A DNA stretch of 64,000 nt, taken from contig OX597827.1 of the NCBI GenBank assembly GCA_951406725.2, positions 13,268,001 through 13,332,000 of the forward strand, read 5' to 3'. Position 1 is the first letter of the stretch. Each line of letters begins with the position of its first letter. The stretch is from Octopus vulgaris (taxonomy: Eukaryota). The notes under the pieces were generated by a model. It searched no databases and was not told the DNA's origin. It saw nothing but the letters and a program-made list of their open reading frames with translations. Positions 1 to 14,430 of this stretch are shown here, in pieces. The position numbers and the translations under genes are program-made.

Positions 1-651
1 GTCTGCTGCCCTAACCACTGGGCCATTGCGCCTCCACAGCAATCGAATAAACATTGGCAGACCTCAAGACATTTGTGCTTGTGCTCTGCAGTAGGCTCTC
101 TTGGCACCCATCTTGCACAGACTTTATGGAAGCTGAGCTCATCATGGATGATTTTCAGCACCTGACACACATTCCAGCCAGAGAAATCGGATCACTGCTC
201 TTTATTCCTCTTCGGTACACATTGCTAGTAGAGCGGCCGTGCTTACACTGTAAAGCCAGAAAGGAAAAAACAGCGTGATCAGGTTCAGACTTCGATCCTG
301 TGGCCACAATAGTACTAACTATAAGCACCATATGCAGAAGGCAGTGTGACAATAATAAAGGTATGTTATGGCGACAGTGCAGATAATTTTTTATTTCCCC
401 TTGTATATATATATATAAAAAGATTCGAGCGAGGTCGTTGCCAGTACCGCCTGACTGGCCCCCATGCCAGTGGTATGTAAAAAGCACCCACTACACTCTC
501 AGAGTTGTTGGCATTAGGAAGGGTATCCAGCCATAGAAAATCTGCCAAATCAAGATTGGAGCCTGGTGCAGCCATCTGGTTCACCAGCTCTCAGTCAAAA
601 TCGTCCAATTCATGCTAGCATGGAAAGCAGACGTTAAACAATGATGATGAT

Positions 652-686
<35 letters not shown>

Positions 687-1161
687 GTCATAATATATGG
701 ATTCAAGTAATCTGGTAGTACTTATAACAAAAAAAGATCCTTAATGTATCATTATACAAACCATATAGAATATATAGTAATAGATAAGAGAAAAGAATAA
801 GGTATGTATAGAGTCATAAATGACAGAGAAATGTCTTGATGAACAATAAGAAAAATCCTATAATCATTACAAATTGTTTTGTAACTCAAAAACATGCAAA
901 TAATTTATATGGCTGAGCTATGTCATCAGGTGAAAAAAGAGATTTTCTTTCACTTGATGGCATAGCTCTAATTTTACTTTATTTTCATTGAATTTTTTGC
1001 ATTGTGCATCAATGCACACACGTAAGTATTTTATTTATTATCAAATATGATCACATAATTTATTTACATGTTTTTCGAGTTATGAAACAATTTAACGTAA
1101 TTATGTGATTTTTCTTATTGTTAGATATAAGTTCATCAAAATGTTTCACTTATGACTTCTT

Positions 1162-1221
<60 letters not shown>

Positions 1222-1251
1222 TTTAGCTAATGAGCTGTGGCATGTGGGCAC

Positions 1252-1293
<42 letters not shown>

Positions 1294-1469
1294 GTATGTG
1301 TGTATATATATATATATGTTTATATATATTTATATATAAATATATTTACATATTTATACATATACTATATATTATACATATATATATATTATATATCATA
1401 TATATTTATATATAAATATATTTATATATTTATACATATACTATATATTATATATATATATATATACAT

Positions 1470-1512
<43 letters not shown>

Positions 1513-1625
1513 CATATATACATACATGCAGTCATACACACATTCATACATACATACATACACACATTCATACATACATACATACATACATACATACATA
1601 CATACATACATGCATGCTTATATAA

Positions 1626-1666
<41 letters not shown>

Positions 1667-2408
1667 ATCAGCCCCAGCAGCATCGTTTAATGTTCATCCT
1701 CCATGCTGGCACAGGCTGGATACTTTGACCGGATCCAAATGTTTCAGAATACAGCATCATGATCCAGTGGCTACTTTGGCATGGTTTTTATGACTGGATG
1801 CCCTTCCTAATGCCAACCACTTTTATAGAGTTTACTGGGTGCTTTTTTATTGTGTGTTACCACTTACACATACATAATAAACAACTATTTAATATAGACA
1901 AATTATAAAACAAAAACATTTGCAATTAAAAAAGCTTTGATTGGATGGTGGCCCTTAATCCTATTATATAAGACACTTGTATCCCTTAAGGATGGTGGCC
2001 CTTAATCCTATTATATAAGACAACTTGAATGATTTAAACTGAATACATTGTAGATGATGTATGTGCTAGGACTACAGAATCCCTTCTGTACTATGTTGTG
2101 CTATTTCTTTACTCTTTTTGATAGAGTAGGGTTTTTTTTTACCTCTGGGTGACTTTACATAAAGAAGTGAATTGATAAAGTTGTTAAAACATGGGACAGA
2201 ATGGTTTGTGGCATTTGTTTTGGTTCGCCAAGCTCTGAATTCAAATCCTACCAAGGGCACCTTTGCTTTCATCCTTTCGGGGTCAATAAATAAACAGCCA
2301 AGGATAGTGGACTGATGGAATTTGTTAGAGTATTAGACAGGATGCTTTGCAGTTCTAGCTCTGTACATTCTGAGTTCAAATTCCGTTTCCAATGACTAGG
2401 GATGGGGG

Positions 2409-2432
2409 AAGGAGGAGGAGGAGGAAGAAGAA

Positions 2433-2467
<35 letters not shown>

Positions 2468-2572
2468 AGAAGAAGAAGAAGAAGAAGAAGAAGAAGAAGA
2501 TGATGATGACGACGACAACGACAATGACAACAACGACAGCAATGATGATGATGACAACAATGAGGAGGAGGA
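2409..2572. repeat. Compound trinucleotide microsatellite (GGA)(GAA)(GAT)(GAC/ACA)
   Basis: Direct reading. Confidence 0.95.
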
Positions 2573-2892
2573 ATGAACGAATGGTACCAAATTCTATCAG
2601 GAACAGATGATTATAGCAATCATAAAAAAAACCAATAGAAACATAGTTTCTTTGCTTCTATCATTAGCTTAGTCACCACCACTTCCACAACCATCACCAC
2701 TATAATTACCTCTCCTCCACCACTACCTCACCACCACTGCAACCACAACCACCACCACCATCATACCACCACCATCACACCACCGCCATTCGTATTATTG
2801 ATCACTTTACAGTGTAAACTAGACACTCTTTAATGTACCACTACACGAGAGGGGCCACTTTCAATATGGCCAAAGTGGCTTCTACCCTCTCT

Positions 2893-3271
2893 CTTTACTC
2901 TCTTTTACTTGTTTCAGTCATTTGACTGCAGCCATGCTGGAGCACCACTTTTTAGTCGAGCAAATCGACCCCGGGACATATTCTTTGTAAGCCCAGTACT
3001 TATTCTATCGGTCTCTTTTGCCGAACCGCAAAGTTACGGGGACGTAAACACACCAGGGGGACAAACACACACACATACATATATATATATATACTTATAC
3101 ATATATACGACAGGCTTCTTTCAATTTCCATCTACCAAATCCACTCACAAGGCATTGGTCGGCCCGGGGCTATAGCAGAAGACACTTGCCCAAGATGCCA
3201 CGCAGTGGGACTGAACCCGGAACCATGTGGTTGGTTAGCAAGCTACTTACTACACAGCCACTCCTGCGCCT
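2893..3271 (-). mobile_element. SINE family B (tRNA-derived head, CORE-like ttgggcaagtg, aaagagt tail), young copy
   Basis: Head aggcgcaggagtggctgtgtggtaag with B-box-like ggttcagtccc; near-identical copies elsewhere in the window. Confidence 0.85.
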
Positions 3272-4178
3272 ACCCTCGACTTTTCTTAGTCATTAGTTCC
3301 CTACACATGAAAACAAAAGGCTTGAGAAGTCCACCTAAAATCTCAAGGCATCATGACACTCCACTCACATTCACAAATTATCAATGTGTCCTTAATGAAA
3401 TAAGTGAAAGCTGTTGTGGCATGAAACAAATATCAATCATCTTTCGTTAATCCTTCATTTGCATATTTTTTCCCCACATTTGCAATATGTTGCAATTTCT
3501 TCTCATTTGCATATTTTTCAACAACACTTGCAGCATGAAGTAGCAATAAATATAACTTAATTACAAAAGCGAATATGATAGTTTTGTGGTCTAAATTTCT
3601 ATATAACGAATATTATAGCTTTTGTTCTATTTAACACACAACATTGAGCTGGCATTGACCGGTAAAAGCATCAAATTGCTGACAGAAACGGTGCTGGATT
3701 TAAGAGGAACTTTTAACATGGTACTTAAATATTTTCAGTGCGTCAGTTCTCACTTTCAAATAGCATATGCATCGAGTAGTTTGCAATAAATCAGTACGCT
3801 TCCAACAGCTTATTGCCATTTTTATGAAGGCTCTGGATCATATTTTGGAAAATGGAACACCAAGCATGACGTGTCAAATTACTTTTCTTTATTCTGGCTC
3901 AGCAATGTCATTTTTACATGTGATATTGTCATTAAAGATTTTCCTTTTTTCATCATCATTAATAAATACAATGGATAAAAGAATGAATAACTGTGTGTAT
4001 ATATATATGTTTATGCTCGCATACATTCATGCAAACACTTTAAAATATGTGTATGTATGCTTATGTGCATAATATGTATATACATAGATACATACCCTCA
4101 CACATACATACATATATATGTATTTGTGTGTGCATGTATATGATATACTATATATATATATATATATATATATATGAA

Positions 4179-4215
<37 letters not shown>

Positions 4216-4493
4216 GGATGTATGGATGTATGTGTATATATGTATATAATATGTATATGCATATATGTGTGTGTGAGTGTATATATATATATATATATAC
4301 ACATAAAACATATATGTATGTTTAAATTTATATGTGTTTTAGATATGTACTTTATTCACAAGAATAATGAGAATGTGTGTGGGTGTTTATATATGTGTGT
4401 GTTTAGGTACGTATGTGTATATGTATTTATAAATATGTGTGTGTGTGTGTGTGTGTGCATATATGTATGTATTTGTATCTATGCTTATGTGCA

Positions 4494-4553
<60 letters not shown>

Positions 4554-4952
4554 AGTGTATGCATACACACACATACATATATATAATTTATATAAATTAT
4601 ATATATATATGTATGTAGATTTTAATGTATGTTCATGATATGTGATAATTATAACACTTTTGAGATAATTATTATTGCTGCTGAATAGAAACAATATGCA
4701 GAACCAATATTTTAAGATATTAGACACTTTTTATGGAAGATATTTTATAGTGATTATCACATATTCAAGCAGATGTGAGGGTGTGTATGAGTGAGTCTAA
4801 ATATATAGGCATTCTAATTTATGTGTGCATTTATGTATGTCTACATAAATCAATACGTGGTGGTGCATCTAAGCATACATACACACACATCATACACACT
4901 CATATAATTCACATACACGCATATATATATATACATGGAATTTTATATATGG

Positions 4953-4997
<45 letters not shown>

Positions 4998-5088
4998 TAC
5001 ATATACACACAAATACAAATATATATCATCATCATCATCATCATCTAAACGATGATGATGATGATGATGATGATGATATATATTTGTA

Positions 5089-5131
<43 letters not shown>

Positions 5132-5138
5132 ATGTATA

Positions 5139-5200
<62 letters not shown>

Positions 5201-5209
5201 CATATATAT

Positions 5210-5246
<37 letters not shown>

Positions 5247-7580
5247 TATAGAGAGATAAACGTACTTGGAAATGGGTGTGTGGCATTTAATCAAATAATA
5301 ATATTAATAATATATATATATATATATGTATATGTACACATGTACACATATATGCATATATCGGTATAGGATATCACAAACCGTAAACAACATGAAATAT
5401 GAAAACAAAAGAGTTGAATACTTAAACAACAAGAGAAACAAATGGAAAACAGGACAAGTAACTTAAAGAATTACCCTTCATCAGTTATCAGTTGTCCATC
5501 TACTCCTCATTTTGAGCATTGAATGACAACATGAGTCTTCGAAGGGCAGTTGCTCCTGCAAAACAAAATGAAATTTTCATTTGCGGAGGGTCAAAGTTGG
5601 TAATAAAAATAGGACAGTGGAAACCTAGAAGGAAACAAAAACAAACATGGAGGGTCGTTAGACCAGACAAAGGTAAAATAGCGAATGCTGGAGAAATATT
5701 CTCTTTGACAAAAGGAAAGATAGAAGAGAGAGAGACAGATGGGATATATGCAGTCTCTATGACAGCTGTGAAGGAAAAGAAAAGTCATCACATAAGGAAA
5801 GGAAAGATGGACAATGGTCACGTGTAAGCAACGAGAGAGAGAGTGTGTGTAGAGGGGAGAGAGACAGACAGATAGAAAGAAAAAGGTGACAAGAAGAAAA
5901 TATCTGATCCGACTCTACCCTCTTTACTGTTTTCTCTTCTTATCCCTTTCTCTCTCATCCTTTCTCTAATTCCTTTTTTCTCCCCTTCACCATTTTCTTT
6001 CTCTCGTTGTTAATGTATTCAACTCCTTTGATTTCATATTTCATGTTGTTTACGGTTTGTGACGTCCTGTACCCATATATGCATGTATATATGTGTGTGT
6101 ACATATACATATCTATATTATTTATATTAGTATATGTATGTATGTATGTGTGTATATATGTATTGCTACTTGTACGTATATTTATAAATATAAATATATA
6201 TTTAAATTTGTATATCATCATCCTCATCCTCATCATCATCATCATTTAACATCCGTTTTTCATGCTAGCATGGATTGGACCGTTTTTACTGGAGCTGGCA
6301 GAATCGTTAGCATGCCGGGTGAAATACTTACTGGTATTTCGTCTGCCGCTACGTTGTGAGTTCAAATTCTGCCGAGGTCGACTTTGCTTTTCATCCTTTC
6401 GGGGTCGATTAAATAAGTACCAGTTATGCACTGCCGTCAATGTGATCAACTTAATCCCTTTGTCGGTCCTTGTTTGTCCCCTCTATGTTTAGCCCCTTGT
6501 GGGCAATACAGAAATAAGTTTGACTGGAGCTGGCCAGTTAGAGAGCTGCACCAGGGTCCAGTTGTCTGTTTTGGCTTGGGTTTTAAGGTTGAATGACCTT
6601 CTTAGCACCAACCACTTTATCAAGCGTACTCGGTGCTTAATATATGGCACTAGCACTCGTGCTTTATACACGGCACTAATGCAGGTGCTTTGTACATGAC
6701 ACCTGTACAGGTACTTTTCATGTGGCACCAGTAAGTGTACTCTTTACATGGCACCAGATCTGGTACTTTGTATGTGACGTTTGCACACAAGTTCTTCTTT
6801 CATGGCACCAGCATGAGTGTTTTTACATGTACCTTTTATGTGGCAGAGGTACAGGTGCTTTTGTACATAGCACCAGTACCCACAAGCTCCAAAACAAGGA
6901 TCCTTCAGCTGACAGATGGACCCAAGAGATTTGAGTATGATAGAGGTAGCCCTCTTACAATTAAGGAAGTGGGAGAAGGTTAAAGGGAGAAATAGAGAAA
7001 CAGTCCTAGTGAGGGAGAGAGAGGGGTCTACCCACAAGTAATAATGGGGGCAGTATAAGTAGTCCAGAGGGGATAGAGGGGAATGTTCCATAAGAGTGTG
7101 AGGTTAAATGTTCACTGATAGCAGAGATAGTAAGTACTGTTGAGAGGAACTGAGGCAGCTGTAGAGGTAGCAAGTGATGGTGAGAGGAATTGGAAGTGAT
7201 TGGGAGAGGATACAGAAGGTATGTGAGGCAATGAAGAGTGTGCAGATGGGTGTATGAAGGAAAATGGTGGGACCTGCTGTAAGTGGCCAGGGTGTGAGGA
7301 AGATGAGTTGTGGGGGAGTTTGATAGAGGACAGAATTATGAGTGTGTTGAGGGATCATGGCCATAAAGTACATGCCTATATGCATAGATATATATATATG
7401 CAGATATATATATATATATATATATTTATAATTTACTACACTCTCGGAGTGGTTGGCGTTAGGAAGGGCATCCAGCTGTAGAAACACTGCCAGATCTGAC
7501 TGGCCTGGTGCAGCCTTCGAGCTTGCCAGACCCCAGTTGAACCGTCCAACCCATGCTAGCATGGAAAGCGGACGTTAAAC

Positions 7581-7612
<32 letters not shown>

Positions 7613-7943
7613 ATAATTATGATTAGGGTTCAGCAAAAAATTTTCTTTACCACATACCGAAATTTAGAAATAGCAGTTAAAACTGGCTATTTCTCTACCA
7701 TAAGAAAAACTCCCAGACAACAATACTCAACAACCCATGCAGGCAAAGAGAAAAAAATAATGAATCGACCCGGCTTTGATTAATTGTGGACAAGTTTCGG
7801 AGTTAGAGAGATGTGAAAAAAGGTAAAAACCACATTTCCATTCTATCATTCTCACTCTTCAGTACAATAATTCAAGATTTTAAATTTGAGAGCATGGCAA
7901 AAATTAAACATACTTATCTAACCAAGTGTCATCAGACAACATA

Positions 7944-7984
<41 letters not shown>

Positions 7985-7985
<1 letters not shown>

Positions 7986-8343
7986 TAGCAGTATCGCCCG
8001 GCGTTGCTCAGGTTTGTGAAATAACTATAAAGCATCTTTAGAGAGTTATAGCCAAAAAAGCAAAAAATGGAAAAAAAATGATGGTAAATTTTTTTGAGAG
8101 TAAAAAAGGTTGAGTTGCGTCCCTAGACAGTCTGTGGTTTTTTTTTTATTCTCGACCCCATGTCAATTTATCGATTTTTTCAGAACTGGGGAACTTTTCA
8201 AAATTTTCGCTGCGTTAGTTTTGAATTATATTGGGCTATGCGTGTGTCAAGTTTCATCAGAATCGGTTGAAAGCCGTGGTCATATACGAGAAAACAGACA
8301 CACAGAAACACGCACAGACAAACTGCCGTTTATATATAGAGAG

Positions 8344-8344
<1 letters not shown>
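7985..8344 (-). mobile_element. Non-autonomous Helitron, related subfamily
   Basis: Same CTAG/hairpin 3' end (ctagcagtatcgcccggcgttgctc) but a different interior and 5' part. Confidence 0.7.
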
Positions 8345-8395
<51 letters not shown>

Positions 8396-8404
<9 letters not shown>

Positions 8405-8555
8405 GTGTAGGAAGAAACAGAGCTGAACGAAGATTTAACAAAATTCCTTTTTATTATTTGCTACATTTATTATTTTGAAACATATGTAGAAAATAATAAA
8501 AAGGAATTTTGTTAAATCTTCGTTCAGCTCCATTTCTTCCTACACTAAATATATA
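8396..8555. repeat. Near-perfect 160-bp palindrome
   Basis: Arms of about 71 bp with 3 mismatches, 17-nt loop. Confidence 0.9.
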
Positions 8556-8698
8556 AAACTTCAAATTTCCGCACTAAGGCACGGATTTTAGGCCCCATGG
8601 TCGTAACCTCAACCGTGCTTTTTGTGTTGTGATTTTTGCTACCCAGGTGTCGGTTATCATTTGAATAATCCATAATAAGATAATTAATTTATCTACTT

Positions 8699-8820
<122 letters not shown>

Positions 8821-9059
8821 TATGTATATATATATATATAGATAGATATGTCTCAGCCCCAAGTGAGCAGTCATTTCAATGGAGATCATTTTGGCAGGAT
8901 TGGCAATTTGAACTTGAAATTAAGGTGTGTATGTTTGTGTGTTCTTTTTTTTATGCATATCTGTATGTATGAATGTATGTGAGTGTCTGTAGATAAGTGT
9001 ATTTGTGTATGTATAAATTTTTGTGTGTTTATATATGCATGCATGTTTTTTTTTTGTTT

Positions 9060-9136
<77 letters not shown>

Positions 9137-9340
9137 GGTCAACAACAATGAAGCAATTGAACAGGGGGCTTTAAAAGTTCTAGGGTGATATCCAACTAAA
9201 CTAGTAAGACCAGAGAGAGTGTGGCACTTCCTTTGTTACCATATTTTTGTAGAAATCCACTGCTTTTATTTCAATGAGAATTTCTTTTTTAAGTAGCGAA
9301 GGACTTAGTAAAATAACTGTCATTATTAAACTGGAATAAG

Positions 9341-10260
9341 GTGGCAAGCTGGCAGAATTGTTAGCACACCAAGCAAAATACTTAATGGCATTCCATCCAT
9401 TTTGACGTTCTGAGTTCAAATTCCTCTGAGATTGACTTTGCCTTTCATCCATTCTGGGTTGATTAATTAAGTACCAGTGAATCACTGGGGTCAATGGAAC
9501 TGACTAGAACCTCCCCACAAATTTCAGGCCCTGTGCCTTTAGTAGAAAGGATTATTGTTATTTCTATTAAAAGGTAGTGAACTGGCAGAATCTTTAGAAT
9601 GCTGGGCAAAATGCTTCATGGCATTTCGTCCATCTTCATGTTCTAAGTTCAAACTCTGCCAATCCTTGACTTTGCATTTCATCCTTCCAGGGTTGATAAA
9701 TTAAGTACCAGTGGAACACTGGGGTCAATGTAATTGACTAGAACCTCCCCACAAATTTCAGGCCTGCGCCTTTAGTAGAAAGGGTTATTGATATTTCTAT
9801 TAAAAGGTAGTGAACTGGCAGAATCTTTAGAATGCTGGGCAAAATGCTTCATGGCATTTCGTCCATCTTCATGTTCTAAGTTCAAACTCTGCCAATCCTT
9901 GACTTTGCATTTCATCCTTCCAGGGTTGATAAATTAAGTACCAGTGAAACACTGGGGTCAGTGTAATTGACTAGTCCCTACCCACAAATTTCAGGGCTTT
10001 TGCCTTTAGTAGAATGGGTTATTAAGCTGATATTTAAGACGGCAATCTGGCAGAACTGTTAGCATAGCAGGTAAAATACTTTGAGGCATTCTGTCATTCT
10101 TTACATTCAGACTTTAAATTCCACCAAAGTCAACTTTACCTTTCATCTTTTCAGGACTCATAGAATAAGTACCAGTCAAGCAAAGGGATCAGTCAATATA
10201 GTTGACTTAGCCCCTCCCCCAAAATTGCTCGCTTTGAGCCAAAATTAAAAACCATTATGG
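9341..10260 (+). repeat. Head-to-tail array of four SINE family D units, period 232-233 bp
   Basis: ggcagaa anchors at 9351, 9584, 9817 and 10049; other D copies at about 2190-2390, 6293-6530, 10723-11090, 37600-37995, 41560-42215. Confidence 0.88.
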
Positions 10261-10315
10261 AGAACAGAAACTGACATGAAGTCTCTATGGAAAGTTTTAA
10301 TTTAGACCACTTTAA

Positions 10316-10597
10316 CCCTTTTGATATCAAGCTACATCAAACTGCCCCTGGTTCTACTATAACAACTTAAAACCTTCCATCAAACTTTCATGTTAATTTG
10401 TATCCCAAAAACCACTTTGATAACAACGTTGTTTTACTTATTTTCATGACGTTGTTTTCATTATTTTAAATGTTAATTATTTTAAATGTTAATTGGAACA
10501 AAGGCTTTGTATTTCAAAATGAATATAGCAAGGATCAAAACAGGAAGTTTGTATCATAGAACAAAAGGCAGTCTTAGGTGGGTTAGTGTTGAAAGGG
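10316..10597. mobile_element. piggyBac-type MITE, diverged, opposite orientation
   Basis: ttaa|cccttt ... aaaggg|ttca. Confidence 0.6.
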
Positions 10598-11229
10598 TTC
10601 AGGAATGCATTTAGAAGAATGCTACTCTGATGTAAATCTCAATAACAATGGTGTGATAGATATCTTGCTTTGGCTTGTCTTTTGGTTCCTTGGCTTTCAT
10701 AATATGAATCATTGCAGTAATTCGGTGAGCTGGCATAAACATTAGCACACCGGGCAAAATGCTTTGGGGTATTTCGTCTGCCGCTACGTTGTGAGTTCAA
10801 ATTCCGCCAAGGTCGACCTTGCCTTTCATCCTTTCAGGGTTGATAAATTAAGTACCAGTGAGACACTGGGGTCAATGTAATCGACTTAATACCTATGTCT
10901 GTCTTTGTTTGTCCCCTCTGTGTTTAGCCACTTGTGGGTAATAATGAAATAGGTATTTCATCAGTCTTTACATTCTGAGTTCAAATTCCGCCGAGGTCGA
11001 CTTTGCTTTTCGTCCTTTTGGGGCAAATAAATTAAGTACCAGTTGTGAACTGAGGTCGATTTAATCGATTGGCCTCTCCTCTACAATTTCGGGCATTGTA
11101 CCTAGAGTGAAAAGAATATGAATTATTGCAGTGTTATGCAAGCATACTGAAAATTTTGGGATATCAGCAGTGATGGTCATCTTGTTCAGTATGAGAAAAG
11201 TCATCATCCTATGGTTAAGTATGTTGTGG

Positions 11230-11612
11230 TGGAAGCACTCCGTCGGTTACGACGATGAGGGTTCCGGTTGATCCGAATCAACGGAACAGCCTGTTCGTGG
11301 AATTAACGTGTAAGTGGCTGAGCACTCCACAGACACGTGTACCCTTAACGTAGTTCTTGGGGATATTCAGCATGACACAGAGAGTGACAAGGCCAGCCCT
11401 TTGAAATACAGGTACAACAGAAACAGGAAGTAAGAGTGAGAGAAAGTTGTGGTGAAAGAGTACAGCAGGGATCACCACCATCCCTGCCGGAGCCTCGTGG
11501 AGCTTTTAGGTGTTTTCACTCAATAAACACTCACAACGCCCGGTCTGGGAATCGAAACCGCGATCCTGTGACCGTGAGTCCACTGCCCTAACCACTGGGC
11601 CATTGTGCCTCC
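11230..11612 (-). mobile_element. SINE family C (tRNA-derived head ggaggcgcaatggcccagtggttagggcag)
   Basis: A/B-box-like head; other copies at 1-35 (-), 31867-32238 (+), 40390-40775 (+) and about 52425-52615 (-). Confidence 0.85.
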
Positions 11613-12134
11613 TAAGTATGTTGTATGCATGTATGCTATATGTGTGCATATATCATGTATGCTTGCATATATGTGTTTATATTGAAGTAGATATGTAACA
11701 CTGAAATTCAAAATGTAAGCAAGTTTTCACTGTTTACTTCAGTAAGAATTGAACTCATGTACATTTGCTTCATTTTAACAAACATATTAATATACACAAA
11801 TACACACACTTGCATACATAGACACATATGTGTGTGCATATATATATATATATAAACACACACATATATATGCATACATGCACACAACGACACTTACACT
11901 TATACGAGTGCATGTATGAATATATATATATACATTTATGTATCTATGCATGCGTGTATACATATGTGTGTATATAGATATACACACATGTATATACGTA
12001 CGTACATACATTCATGGTTATCATAGAAATATACGTACGTGTTTGTGTGTGTATAAATATATATATATATATATACACATATAGATGTGTATAAAAATAC
12101 ATACATATATATCTATGTATGTATCTCTCACTCA

Positions 12135-12219
<85 letters not shown>

Positions 12220-12254
12220 TACATACATACATATATATATAAATATATATATAC

Positions 12255-12374
<120 letters not shown>

Positions 12375-12799
12375 TACACATGTGTAAATATAGGATCTAT
12401 ACACGGAAATCATCTGCAGTAGCAAAAATATCACAAAATTACAGATTCAGTGAACTATGTCTGTCAAACTTGACAGATCATTGTTTAAAATTTTGGAACT
12501 GCTGCTGGCACTGCCACTGCTTCTCCCACCACCACCACTGCTGCTTATGTTGTTGTTGTTGGTGGTGGTGGTAATGGTGGTGGTTGTTGTTGTTGTTTTG
12601 CTTTAGCTATATTAATTCATATATTCCCTGATTAAATCAGGCCCTCTTCTAAATACCTCAAGCTTCATTTGCATTAAATTCCTTTCAGCCTTGAGAACTA
12701 ACAAAACATTAATTATATCTACAATGTTTCTATGGCTTCTAATATTAATGAATTATATCTACATATATGTATGTGTGTATGCGTGTGTATATATATATA

Positions 12800-12918
<119 letters not shown>

Positions 12919-12930
12919 GTATATAGATAC

Positions 12931-12961
<31 letters not shown>

Positions 12962-12962
12962 C

Positions 12963-13013
<51 letters not shown>

Positions 13014-13042
13014 CATATATATATATACATGTATATATATAT

Positions 13043-13089
<47 letters not shown>

Positions 13090-13221
13090 TGTATGTATAT
13101 ATATATATATATATGTATGTATATAAGTATATGTTTATTATTATTTATATATTTATTGTATGGATTTTATTTACAGGAGAATGAATTCTGTCCGTTGCCT
13201 TCGCAGTCCTTTCAGTGCCAA

Positions 13222-13249
13222 TTATGCTAGAACAATTTCAAATTTATAG
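13222..13249 (-). CDS. Candidate terminal exon (YKFEIVLA-stop)
   Basis: Strong acceptor cttcctattttccccctgcag|; phase-2 frame ends in TAA; three AATAAA hexamers on the minus strand at 13134-13172 (weak evidence in AT-rich DNA). Confidence 0.3.
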
Positions 13250-13957
13250 CTGCAGGGGGAAAATAGGAAGCAGATGGAGAATTCGAGAGGTTTGAGATTT
13301 TGGTACGTTTGAACTGAATAAAACAGTTCATATAAAACCCGAAGAATGAGGGATAAAATATCAATGGCAAGACGAGGCGACATGAATGAGCCGACTAGGC
13401 GTGACTGGACAGTGTATATGGCTAAGTTTGAGACCGGTCAATAGCAATAGGTAATGATGCCACTGGAGATACAGTGGTTTGTAGTTATGTACAAACACTA
13501 CATTGTGTGCCAAAGCAAAATACTTAACACTGAGTAGGGTGGTGTAGTGATTCCCAAAGTGGATTCTAAGAACCATGGGGTTCTATGTCAAAAATGTTGG
13601 CGTTCTATAAAATTAGGTACTTTCAATGAAATTCAACAAAAATTTATTTTATAAAGCAAATTTAAATGTTACTCATTTTTTAAAAATATATAAGCAAGGA
13701 TATTTCGTGCTTTTATGATTAAATTCTCTGTCGAAAACAATTTTCGCTTCATTTAACCTTTTCAATACCAACTCACTCAAGGCTGCTTCTGGTTCCATCA
13801 CACAACATTTACACTGAATTGAAGTACAAAGTGGCACTTTAAAACTTTCTTTTTTAAAGGGATCTAAATTAAAATGTTAAAACTGTATATTGATTTCATG
13901 TTTTGGCACATGGACAGTAATTTCGAGGGAAAGGATAAGTCAGTTACCTCAACCCCA

Positions 13958-14006
<49 letters not shown>

Positions 14007-14042
14007 CACACACACACACATGTATATATATGTATATATACA

Positions 14043-14061
14043 TGTTGTAATGAGAGTTATG

Positions 14062-14135
<74 letters not shown>

Positions 14136-14290
14136 GTTTATATATTTGTTGTGCAAGGTTTTTTATGTGAAGTCGTGTGTTGAAACAGATATTGTTATAT
14201 TTCGGAATGGTCATTTTGCCAGTTTAGCCAATAATATAGTGTGTGTGTTTTTATTGGCTAAACTGGCAAAATGACCATTCCGAAATATAA

Positions 14291-14350
<60 letters not shown>

Positions 14351-14362
14351 ATATATATAAAC

Positions 14363-14430
<68 letters not shown>

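Noticed and set aside
865-935. Decayed hammerhead-like folds at 865-935 (-), about 5478 (-) and 17235-17325 (+)
   Set aside because: Core or GAAA mutated and helices incomplete; probably Penelope relics but not supportable individually
6930-7420. Purine-rich stretches here and pyrimidine-rich stretch at 43.0-43.9 kb as retroelement ORFs
   Set aside because: Probably very old retroelement debris, but no diagnostic motif could be read with confidence
13177-13302. Plus-strand exon-like segment (ttacag|...TTG|gtacgt)
   Set aside because: Stops in all three frames; rescuing two TAG codons by A-to-I editing has no support
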